From assembly GCA_965237675.1 (NCBI GenBank), contig OZ250150.1, forward strand, positions 320,001 to 384,000: DNA of 64,000 bases, given 5' to 3'. The stretch is from Candidatus Latescibacterota bacterium (GTDB taxonomy: Bacteria > Latescibacterota > UBA2968 > GCA-2709665). Below are positions 21,001-32,200 of this stretch, in pieces (the stretch's first letter is position 1; the number at the start of each line of letters is the position of its first letter). A program made the position numbers and the translations under genes. A model generated the notes under the pieces. The model was not told the DNA's origin. It ran no database searches and was given only the letters and a program-made list of their open reading frames with translations.

Positions 21001-22697
21001 GCCACCGCGTAGACCCAACGCTCTTCCTCAAACGCAGAGACTGCTTTCCGGGACGCCACGTCCCACAGGATCACGGTATCGGTTCTTCCGAATGCCAGGA
21101 ACCTGCCATCCGGCGAGAACGCGGGCGATTCCTCTTGCCTTCCAGGGTGACCCTTCAGCACGGCCGTCTCCGCCCTTTCAGCCACATCCCACAACCGCAC
21201 CGTGCCGTCGTACGATGCCGAGGCCAATAGGCCGCCACCGGGTGAGAACGCCACGGACACGACGAAATCTTCATGCCCACGCAGCACCGCGATCTCTCTC
21301 TCCCTTAACACGTCCCACAATGTCACGGTTCCGCCAACCCCCCCCACAGCCAGGATGCCGCCGCCGGGTGAGAACGCCAGTGCGCTGGGTTCATCCCCAC
21401 GCCCCGTCAACCTGGTGATCTCTCTCTCTCTCATCACGTCCCACAGCACCACTGCGCCAGCGCCTCTTCCCGACGCTATCACATACCCCAGCGTTCCACC
21501 GTCAGGCGAGAACGCCGCCGACGTAACAGATTCAGTTTCAGTTTGCCTGCCCACAGACGTCAGCAGATACGGCGATGCCTGCGCAATCCCAAACATGCGG
21601 ACGGAGCCCGTCTCCCCTTTCGTGTCCGTCGCTGCAACCCTCATTCGACGCGACGGGGGATGCGAAAGACTCGTACCGGCAGACCCCGGCACAACGCCGT
21701 CATAGTCGAACGTGACCACCGCCGCCGTCTCCACCGCCAGCGCCCGGCACGTCTTCATCCGTGGGACGACGCTGCCTCCATCCGTCTCCCAGCTGAACAG
21801 GCTCACCTGGTAGACGCCATCCGGATCGGTGACACGCACCCGCAGCGCGACACGCTCCGCCCCGGCGGGATACCGGGCCCGCGGGCCGAGGAACGCGACG
21901 TCAGGCCGCCCCGACGGTTCAAGCGGAACCTCAGGATTGAAATACGGATGCACGGACAGATACCCCGCCGCGCACGCCGATAACCGATAGGGAGGGTTGT
22001 CGCTATATGACAAGATGTAGGCGTCGTCGCGGAAATCGTGCCATCCCATCCCGAAGGCGTGCGCCAGTTCATGCGCGGCAAGGACGAAGGTGAAGCGGCC
22101 AACGATCGCGTGACCACTGCGCTTATCTCCTCCGCCGAGGCCTGCCACGCCCCTGCCCCAATAAGTGTGAATCAAGCCCGAACTGTTGTCGACGAAGATC
22201 AGGTGAACGACGTTCATCCTCGAGAACACACGGCCGATCTCCCGCCGCACGCGCCCGTCCGTAACGACAAGATAATGGGCATCGCCGTGGTCGCCGTCCA
22301 CCCGGTGCACCACCGGGGCGCCGTCACAGTCCGCCTCATACCGAAACGTCATGGGTCCATACCCGTGCGCCGCCATCTGCTCGCCGAAGAACCGCTGCAG
22401 ACGACGCATCGTCGCCTTCATCGAGTCCACCATCTCCTGCCGAAAAGGGCGGTCGTTCGGCAGAAAGTAGAACATACGCACCGTCCTCGGTTCCGCCGCG
22501 TCAAGGTTCGACGCGCGCTTGTCCGCAGGCGAAGAATGGTCACGCAGCCACGCCTCATGGTCCACCACACCGCAGAAGTGTACGCTGTCCGTTGGCACGG
22601 ACGACGCGGAGCCCGCACCCGGCAGGCAGAACAACACCAGAAAGCACGACGACAGCCAAAACGAGGCGGGCAACCGATGTACTAAGCGTCTCTTCAT
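18014..22697 (-). CDS. large secreted Zn-metalloprotease / WD40 / Big-1-like Ig protein, paralog 3; dockerin-like end disrupted
   Basis: 1527-aa ORF 18114..22697 with HELAHAFGMGWH, about 7 WD40, an Ig-like domain (SGDGQQG...PFVVEVRD), about 14 WD40 and a second Ig-like domain. The dockerin-like coding sequence continues out of frame to a stop at 18014. Confidence 0.9.
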
Positions 22698-22718
22698 ACC
22701 ACCATCACTCCTTTTTCG

Positions 22719-22770
22719 TCAATACCCTGAACCACCCGAATCATCCTTGTCACCCCTCGCGCCACCCGCC
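22719..22770 (-). pseudogene. very short orphan 3' tail fragment
   Basis: GGARGDKDDSGGSGY*. It shares gattcgggtggttcagggtattgacg with the tail at 17094 and has the same spacing to the next start codon. Confidence 0.7.
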
Positions 22771-23943
22771 GAGGATCGAGACCCCTCCCCCGGCCCCTCC
22801 CCGACGCGGAGAGGGGTGCCGTGCCTGAGGTGCTGCCTTTCCGGTCGGTACACGTGTAAGTCGCGCAGGGGTGAATCGATGCTGCAGGAGATCCTTCGTC
22901 AGCCTGACGGCTTCCTCAGCATGACAAGGCGGGAACAGGCAGGGCAATCCTTTTTTACGTCGGCGTTCCCATGCCAGGAATCGAGGCGGGCAGACAGGAA
23001 TGTCTGCCCCACCCTCACACCGGCCTCCTCAGGATGACAGTTTGTGCCGAGATCTGACAGACAGGTTTCGCCAAGGGTTATCGCAATGCATGTCATTCTG
23101 AGCGAAGTCGAAGAATCTCCCGTCTGTTCGTTTGTCCTTAACGCAATAACGCAGTAAACACATGTGCGCGGAGACATCGTCGGCATCGAGGCAGGCAGAC
23201 AGGAATGTCTGCCCCACCTTCACACCCGCTTCCTCACAGTATAAACCCACATGGGCAGGCAACGCCTTGCGGATGACGAAAGGCCAACCGGTATTCTGAG
23301 CGCACGCGAAGATTCTCTCGTCAGTTTCGTTCTGCGCAGGAGGCGGACGTGCCGCGTGTCAGGTCGGTAGACGTGCAAGTCGCGCAGGGGTGAACCGATG
23401 CCGCAGTAGATCCTCCGTCAGCCTGGCGCCTGCCTGTGCCGGGCACGGCAGACAGGGCTTCCTCAGGATGACAGTTTGTGCCGACACCTGACAGACAGGT
23501 TTCGCCAAGGGTTATTGCAAAACATGTCATTCTGAGCGTAGTCGAAGAATCTCCCGTCTTCTTGATTGTCCCTGACGAAAGCGCGCAGTAAACACATCTG
23601 CGCGGAGATATCGTTAGTCTTCCGGTTTCCTCGGCACGACAGTGCGGGCACAGGCGGGGCAAGCCTTTTTGCCATCGCCGTTCCCATGGCCGGCATCGAG
23701 GCAGGCAGGAATGTCTGCCCCACCGTCTCATACGCTTCCTCACAGTGCAGGCCCACAAGGGACGCCCCTGCACACGCAACGGGGCGCATGCGGTGCCTGA
23801 GGTCGGGCGGACACGTCGTCACGTGGACGGCATGTGCTGACCGCGAGGATGGACCGACGCGTGGGATCGGCATTTGCGGTACCGGCAGGTGTGTCGCGAA
23901 ATGCGTCGCTACTGTCGCTTCTTGCGACAGTAGAAGGGCCATC
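22771..23943. repeat. composite REP-like repeat block 4
   Basis: Same modules and order as block 2 (23194-23690 is near-identical to 14136-14630). The right end is similar to block 1. Confidence 0.92.
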
Positions 23944-26151
23944 TTATACGGACTGGCCGAAGGCTTTGACGAAGATGAGAAAGTCCGTGAAGCCCACGCT
24001 GCCGTCGTCGTCCAGGTCAAAGCGCTGGTCATAGCCGGCCTGCCCCCGACTGAACCCGATCTTTTCGGCGAATCTCACGAAGTCGCCAAAACCCACCTCC
24101 CCGTCGCCGTCCCAGTCCGGGACGCGGGGTCGCGGCGTGGTGAACGAAGCCGTATCCCACAACTCGATCCAGGTTACGGTAGCGGCAGCCAACGTGCGGC
24201 CGTCGGGGGAGAACGCTATCCACCTTGCGCGACCTGGATTGACGAACGTCTCGACGATGCTTCCGCTGTGAACATCCCACAGGTCCACCCGCCCGTAGTT
24301 GGATGCGACTGCCAGGATGCCGCCGTCAGGTGAGAACGCCAGAGCCCGGACAAAACCACGTCGATACCCCTTCAGCGTAGCGATTTCGCTGCGTGACGCC
24401 ACGTCCCACAGTCTTACGGTACCGCCCCCCGACCCCGAAGCCAGGATGCCGCCGTCAGGCGAGAACGCCACGGAATAGACGTTCCGCCTATGCCCTTCCA
24501 ACGCAGCGATTTCTTCCCGGGACGCCACGTCCCACAGACGAATTGTCCTATCGGATGACCCGGACGCCAGGAGGGTCCCGTCGGGCGAGAACGCCACGGA
24601 CCATACCGGTGAAGAATGCCCGTGCAGGACGGCATACACTTTTCTGCCTGCCACGTTCCACACGCTCACGGTTCCATCAAACGCTGCCCCGGCCAACAGC
24701 CGGCCATCAGGCGAGAACGCCAGGTCCCAGATAGAAGATCGTGGATGCACCTCCAGCGTGCCGATGGGTTCCCGGGACGCCACGTCCCACAACAGGACCT
24801 CTCCCGGCGAATCGGCCGCCAGCACGGTCCCGTCGGGCGAAAACGCGACGGCAAAGACATCAGCGCGATGCCCTTCCAGCCTGGCCGCCTCCTCCCGTGC
24901 CGCCACGTCCCACAGCCTCACGGTGCGGTCCCTGTACCCCGCGGCCAATAGCCCGCCGACGGGCGAAAACGCCAGCGATTGAACCAGATCCGTCGATTCT
25001 GCCTCGAGGGTGGCCAGGTGGTACGGCGACCGATGCGCAAAACCAAAAGGGATACTTACCCGGGCCCCGCTCCCATCCGTCACCCTGACCGTGAATATAT
25101 GTGCGTTGTCATCCGAAAGCGTCCCATTGGGACCGTGCGGAGGAACGCCGTCAACTTCGAACTCGACGATGCCGTCGGTCTGGCCTGCCATCATCCGGCA
25201 CGCTTTGACATTGGAATTGGCGTAAGTTCCAGGGATGTGATACGACACTACAACCGGGTGGACGCCGTCCGGGTCGCTCACCCTGAGCGGGATCGTGAGG
25301 TGCGTCGAACCGGGAGGATACCACAGCGACGGTCCGATGAACGTCACGGTGGGGTCCTCCGAAAAAGGGGTTTCAAATGGAATGTCGGGATCGAACCACG
25401 GCGTCACCGAGAGTTGACCCGCCGTGCAGGACGACATTCGTGGCTGAACTTGCCAGCCCCACGACATGACATAGTTGGAATCCCGGAAGTCGTGCCACAT
25501 CACGCTAAAAGCGTGGCCCAGTTCATGGGCGACTAACGTAAAAAAGAAACCCGCGCCAACCAGCGCTTCGCCTCCATGGCGACTCCCGCTTCCGCGTCCG
25601 AGATAGGTCCCGCGATTCGGCGTGTGTATATAATTTGTACTGTTATCAATCACAATGAGGTGAACCATCTCTCTAACCACATACGCCTCTCTATACTCCT
25701 CGTACGCGCGCCACGTGTCTTGAAGATAGTATGCGTCGCCATGTTCACCGTCCACCCGATGCACCAGCGGCTCGCCATCGGCGTCCGCCTCATACCGGAA
25801 GGTCCGGTACCCATACCCGTGCGCCGCCATCTGTCGTCCGAAAAAGGCCTGCATATCACGGATCATCACCTTCATCGAATCCACCACCTCCTGCCGAAAG
25901 GGGCGGTCGTTCGGCAGAAAGTAGATCATACGCACCGTCCCCGGTGTCGCCGCGATGCGTTCCGCTGCACGCTTGCCCGCAGGCACAGGGTGCTCACGCA
26001 GCCATTGCTCGTGGTCCACCACCGCACAGAAATGCACGCCGTCGGGATGCGGGAACGAGCCGGATCCCACGGCCGCGGGGCACAGCAGCACCAGAAAGCA
26101 CGTCGCCAGCCAGGACGTTGCCGGCAATCGATTCACTAAGCGTTTCTTCAT
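23944..26151 (-). CDS. secreted Zn-metalloprotease / WD40 / dockerin-like protein, paralog 4 (intact)
   Basis: 735 aa: signal peptide, HELGHAFSVMWH...YVMS, about 7 WD40 repeats, C-terminal DWDGDGEVGFGDF / DLDDDGSVGFTDF. Confidence 0.93.
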   Translation of the reverse strand: MKKRLVNRLPATSWLATCFLVLLCPAAVGSGSFPHPDGVHFCAVVDHEQWLREHPVPAGKRAAERIAATPGTVRMIYFLPNDRPFRQEVVDSMKVMIRDMQAFFGRQMAAHGYGYRTFRYEADADGEPLVHRVDGEHGDAYYLQDTWRAYEEYREAYVVREMVHLIVIDNSTNYIHTPNRGTYLGRGSGSRHGGEALVGAGFFFTLVAHELGHAFSVMWHDFRDSNYVMSWGWQVQPRMSSCTAGQLSVTPWFDPDIPFETPFSEDPTVTFIGPSLWYPPGSTHLTIPLRVSDPDGVHPVVVSYHIPGTYANSNVKACRMMAGQTDGIVEFEVDGVPPHGPNGTLSDDNAHIFTVRVTDGSGARVSIPFGFAHRSPYHLATLEAESTDLVQSLAFSPVGGLLAAGYRDRTVRLWDVAAREEAARLEGHRADVFAVAFSPDGTVLAADSPGEVLLWDVASREPIGTLEVHPRSSIWDLAFSPDGRLLAGAAFDGTVSVWNVAGRKVYAVLHGHSSPVWSVAFSPDGTLLASGSSDRTIRLWDVASREEIAALEGHRRNVYSVAFSPDGGILASGSGGGTVRLWDVASRSEIATLKGYRRGFVRALAFSPDGGILAVASNYGRVDLWDVHSGSIVETFVNPGRARWIAFSPDGRTLAAATVTWIELWDTASFTTPRPRVPDWDGDGEVGFGDFVRFAEKIGFSRGQAGYDQRFDLDDDGSVGFTDFLIFVKAFGQSV

Positions 26152-26222
26152 ACCACCATCGCTCCTTTCGCGTTATTTCCAATCTCACGTCCATCAAAGT
26201 CTCGCCGTGCCGTTCTTCTGCA

Positions 26223-29200
26223 TCAACCTCCGGAAGTATCCGATCCGCTTCCACCCTGCGATGACGCGTCACGTTCGATGTGCCGCGTCAGGATCACGAA
26301 ATCCGCCCAGTTGATGATGCCGTCGCCGTTCATATCCATCCGGCGGTCATACCCTGACTCCGACCTGCGCATCCCCATCTTGGCTTTGAATAACTTGGAA
26401 TCCGCCTCATCCGCCCTGCCGTCGCCGTTGAAGTCGCCCGATGAGATGATGATAAAGAATAAGATGGACTCGCTACGGCCGTGCTCGCCCGTCACGGTCA
26501 ACGTCACGTCGAAATCGCCGGACTCCGTCGGCGTGCCTTCAATCACGCCCGAATCAGACACGTCCAATCCGGATGGCTGACCCGACAGCGAATAGTCATA
26601 GGGCGTCACCCCGCCGGAGACGTCCACCGGACCTTCCGAGAACGACGCGTAGAGTTCACCGTACATATCGTTGATCGGCCCGATGATGATGGCCTCGGCC
26701 ACCCGTATCCAGAACGATCTGGAGGACGTCGTACCGTTGGCGTCGGTAACGGACGCGGTGATCTGCCAACTGCCTATCGCTGCCGGCGTCCCACTGATCT
26801 GCCCGCTCGACGATACAGATAGACCCGCTGAACTTGCATTGGCCGAAAGACCGTAGGTGTAGGGTGCGCAACCGCCGGAGACACTGACCTGAATCGAGGA
26901 AATGGCCTCGAGTCTGGATGCGACCACGTCCGAGATGGACGCGACGGACAGCGGCGGGCAGGCAGCGACTTTCATGGGGAATGTATCCTCGCCCGCACAT
27001 CCCTTGCCGTCCGTCGCCGTCACCGTCACGGTGAAGGCACCGCTTTCGGTGGGCGCGCCGGTGATCTGCCCGCTGGATGCATTAATGCCAATCCCGGTCG
27101 GATTTTCATTGATCGTATACGATATCGTCCCGCATCCACCGGACGACGACGCCTGGATCGCGTTGATAGCCTGACCTACAGTTGCCTTCACGGTCGAAGA
27201 AGGCAGGCCTCCCACGGTGATTGTCGGACATCCCACGGTCATCCTGAATGAACCGCTGCCCGTGCTGTCTTCGGCAGACCTTGCTGTCACCTTCACGTTT
27301 TTGAAGTCGCCGGTCTGTGCGGGCGTGCCGCTGATGACCCCGGTCGACTCGTTGATCGTGACACCCGTCGGCGCGTCCATTATGGTAAACCTATACGGCG
27401 ACGTACATCCGGTGGCCGTCGCCGTGAAGGCTTCGATGGCCTCGCACACCGTCGACGTCACGTCCGACAACCCGCCAACGGTAACAGTACAACCACCCGG
27501 AACTACCTTGATGATGAATCCTGGCGTCGTTGCAGCATTGCCCGGGAGGTCCGAGTCGGTCGCCGTCACCGTGACGTGGTAGTCGTCTGGAATGTCCCTG
27601 ACGTCACCGCTGATGACCCCCGTGTCTTCGTCGATCACTACGGTCCCCGGCGGGTTGCCCGCAATCGAATATTTAATCGATCCGCATCCCCCGGACGCAT
27701 TCGCCGTAATCGAGATGTTGGTATCCACGGGCACCTCTACGTCATCGATCTCTTCGATCTCAACCGGCTCGCACACGGTGATCGTGAATTCTGGTGTCGT
27801 TGCGGTATTGTTCGGATCGTCCTCGTCGAACGCCGTAATTGTGACGTCGTCGTGTTCGCCTGCGGCCGTGGGGGTTCCGCTGATGACCCCGGTCTCAGAA
27901 TCGAACGTTACCCCTGCCGGCAGCGTGCCCGTCATCGAATAGTCAATGCCCCCCCCACAGCCCCCACCCACAATCGGCGTGATCGAAATGGAGCCACCTA
28001 CCTTTACCTTTACGCTTGCGATATCGTCGATTTCAATCTGATCGCAATCTGGCGGATCCTCAACCGTGATCTTGAAGATTTCGTTGTCGTTATTTCCGTA
28101 CCTGTCCTGTGCCATTATTGTCACATTGTGCATACCGGGCGCGGTCGGCGCGTTACAACTGATGACACCCGTCTGGCTATCGATGGAAACCCAATCCGGC
28201 TCTTCAGGCTTCGAAAATGTCTTCGTGCCACATCCCCCTGAGACGCTCGCTTTGCGCGTGAAGGACGAGCCTGTTGTTACCGTGGTGTCGCTGATCGATG
28301 CGATTCTGACATTCGGACAATCGACTATGATATCGAACTGCTTCGTGGCGGTAGTCCCTCGGTTGTCCGTCGCCGTCACCGTCACCGTGTGCGTGCCCGG
28401 CGAAGGGATGCCGTCACTGCTGATCGTCTTCGTGCGGCCGGCGCCAGCAGTCAGCGGATCTACCCCCTCCGGCGCTCCCGACATCGTGATATTTATCGGA
28501 TCACATCCTCCCCTCGCTGTTGCCGTACGCGAGAAGGACTCACCCACGACGACGTCCACATCAGCAATCGAATCGAGGGTCAGCGTCGGACAATCTTCCG
28601 TTACTCTGATCTTGAATTTCGTCGTCGCGGTAGTCCCTTGCCCATCCGTCGCCGTCACCGTCACGTTGTGCGTGCCCGTCGACGGGATCCCATCACTGCT
28701 GCTGATCGTCCTCGTGCGGCCGGTGCCGGTCATCGTTACCTGCGACGGCGCTCCCGACATCGTGATTGTTATCGGACTACATCCTCCCCTCGCTGTCGCC
28801 GTGCGCGTGAAGGACTTACGCACCTTCACACTCACGTCCGAGATCGACGCGACGGACAGCGGCGAACAACTGACGGTGATCGTGAATACTCTTGTCGCGG
28901 TGTTGCCTCTGCCATCCGTCGCCGTCACCGTCACCGTGTGCGTGCCGGGCGAAGGGATGCCATTACTGCTGATGGTCTTCGTGCGGCCGGCGCCAGCAGT
29001 CAGCGGATCTACCCCCTCCGGCGCTCCCGACATCGTGATTGTTATCGGACTACATCCTCCCCTCGCTGTCGCCGTGCGCGTGAAGGATCCACCCACGTTT
29101 ACGTTCACGTCATCGATCGCGTCGATGGTGAGGGTCGGACAGGGCGTTTCCTTGGGTGTCGCCCTGGCGCTGTCGGATACGCCCACGCCGGCCTCGTTGT

Positions 29201-32200
29201 ATGCCCGCACGTCAAAGGTATACTCCCTCCCGTTTGTCAGTCCCGTCACGCGGTGACGCAACTTGGAGGCGCTGTCTTCGATGATATGATCGTCGCTCCA
29301 GTCCGGCAGGTTCACGTTGCTACGGCCATAGCGCACATGGTACCCGTCGATAGTGTCGTTGTTCGGGTCGTTCCACGTCAGTGTCACCGACCCGTTCCCC
29401 GCGCCTGCCCTCAGGTTGGCCGGCGGTGCGGGCGGCCCCGGTATCGTGATCAGGCTTGCCGCCGCGCCGTCGACGTTGCCGGCTTTCGCACGCACCTCGA
29501 ACGTATGCCTGCTGCCGTTGGTCAGGCCGCCAATCGTTCCGCTCGTCGCAGCGCCGCCGCCCTGCGTAAAGCCGGTCCACACGGTGAAACTCCCCCCGCC
29601 CACCCGATACCGGTATTGGTAACCTGTGACGGCGGCGTTTTGCGGGTCATCCCACGACAGCGTCACGGACCCGTCGCCTACCGACGCGGTCAGCGCCCCC
29701 GGCGGGGCAGGCTGCGTCACGCCGGCATAGGCGCCGTCAGCGTCTGCCGCCTTCGCCCGCACATGGAACGTATACGCCGTCCCGTCGGTCAGACCTGTCA
29801 CGGCGTGAGTGGTGGTGGCCGCGCCGCTCCCGCCGATGTCGCCCCACGCGGGCAGCGCCGCGCCGGCTTCGGCCCACCGCACCTGGTACCCGACGATGGC
29901 GGCGTCCTGCGGATTGGCCCACGACAGCGTGGCGGACGCGTCACCTGCCGACGCGCTCAGATTGCCCGGCGCGACAGGCTGCGTCACGCTGGCAGAGGCG
30001 CCGGCGACGTCACCCTTCTTCGCCCGCACCTGGAACGTATACGCCGTCCCGTCGGTAAGACCCGTCACAGGGTGGCTGGTCGTACTTGCAGTGCTTGTTA
30101 TGTTGTGACGATCGCTCCACGCCGGCAAGGCCGCGCCCCGATCGCTATAACGGACCTGATACCCGGTGATGGTGTCGTCGTCCGGATCCGTCCACGCCAG
30201 CAGCACCTGTCCGACACCGGCCGTCGCCGCGAGATTGGCGGGCGGGGGTAGAGGATCAGTTGACCCACCCGTGTCGACCTCGATCGTGACGTTTTCGGAC
30301 CAGTCGCCGAACCCTTCGTTACTCACGGCGCGTACCTTGAAGGTATACCGTACTATTCCCTCCCCGCCGTACACGACGTACTCCCATCGGGTGACGGCCG
30401 TTGGGGTGCCGATCGTCCCGGACCGCCCGGCGTACCAATAGGCGATCCTGTATGACCTGACCGATTCAACATGCACGACGGGCGGATCCCAGGTCAGTTC
30501 CACGTTGCCATCGTCCAGCGCCGCGCGGAGGTTGCGCGGCGCCCCCGGCAGCGGCAGCGGCAGCGGCACCGTTACACTGGCGGCATCGCCCGCACCGGTT
30601 CCGACGTGCGCCCGCACCTCGATCGTATACTCCCTCCCGTTGGCCAGATCGGGCACGGTGTGGCTTACCGTGTTCGAACTGCTCCCGGCTATAACCGTCC
30701 AGGGCGCTTGCTCCACGTCCGTATCACTGTAACGGATCTGATACCCGGTGATCGCGTCGTTTTGCGGATCGTCCCACGACAGCGTCACCTGTCCGTCACC
30801 CGGTGTCGCCTCCAGGTCGGCAGGCGCAGGTGGCGGCAGGGTCGCCATCGAAGGGGCCGACGCGCCGGACACGTCGTCCACCCGCGCGCGCACCTCGAAC
30901 GTATATTTCCTGCCGTTCGTCAGATCCTCCACGATATGGGTCGTCGTTGCCGCACTGCTTTCAATGTCATGATCACCGCTCCACTGGGGCAGCGACGCGG
31001 CGCCTGCCGCCCACCGCACCTGGTACTGGGTGATATACGGGTTTTGCGGATCGCGCCACGACAGCGTCACCTGCCCGTCACCCGGGGTTGCCGATAGCCC
31101 TTCCGGCGCCGGCAGCGGCAGCCTCGCCGTCACGCCGGACGATGCGCCGAACGCCGAACCCCTCCTGGCACGCACCTCGAACCTGTACTCCACCCCTTTC
31201 GCCACGGCACGCACCGTGTGTCTCGTCGTGTTCGCATTGCTTTCAACGTCATGATCACCGCTCCAAGCAGGCAGCGACGTACGGCTTTGTCCATAACGAA
31301 CCTGGTATCCCGTCAACGTGTCGTCACCGGGATCGGCCCACGTCAGCACCACCGTCCCGTCGCCTGCCATGGCCACAAGGCTGTCAGGCGCCGCAGGCGC
31401 CGGCCGCGGCGTCGCCGTCACCCTCGACGATCCGTAGTATCCCGCCGCGTTGCGCGGGCGCACCTCGAACGTATACTCGTTCCCGTTCGTCAGGCCCCCC
31501 ACCTCGTGGGTCGTCGTGGCCGCATCGCTTTCAATGTCATGATCACCGCTCCATGTTGGCAGTCTCGTACCGCTTTCCTCATAACGGACCTGGTATCCCG
31601 TCAACGTGTCGTCACGGGGATCATTCCACGTCAGCACCACCGTCCTGTCGCCTTCCCTGGCCGCCAGGCCTTCGGGCGCGGCCGGCGGCTCCGGCACGTA
31701 GGCCCGTGCCAACCTGGACCCCTGGCTCAGAACCTCGCCGTACATCGCCTTCACCCGATAGGCATACCTCCAGCCAAACCCGACGCTCTCGTCTTCATAC
31801 GTCGTTGCGGCACGGCCCGTCGTGGCGATGACGCGGAATTCTCTCGAGTAACCGCTCCTTACCACACGCCGCAGGACCTGGTATCCCGTAACCGATGCGG
31901 CGGGGGCGGCCCACGTCAGGACCACGTCGCCAGACGCCACCGTGGCCCTCAGGTTCGTCGGCGTCGCCGCCTCCGTCGTCACCGTCACGGCGGTCGCCTC
32001 CCCGTAAGCCGTCCCTGCTTGCGCGCGCACCTCGAACCTGTATTGTGTATCGATCGTCAAGCCCCTCACCGTGTGGGTCGTCACGCCCGCATCTTTCTCA
32101 ACCACTTCATCGGCGCTCCAATCGGGCAGTGCCGTGCCGCTTGCCCCATACCGGACCTGGTATCCCGTGATTGAAGCGTCCCCCGGATCGTCCCACGTCA

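Noticed and set aside
10850-26200. Integron or shufflon
   Set aside because: No tyrosine or serine recombinase, no attC-like structure recognised, and all genes are in the same orientation.
27949-27956. G8 tract in the giant gene as a phase switch
   Set aside because: It is short and in frame within a Gly-rich GGCGGG motif, with no evidence of variation.
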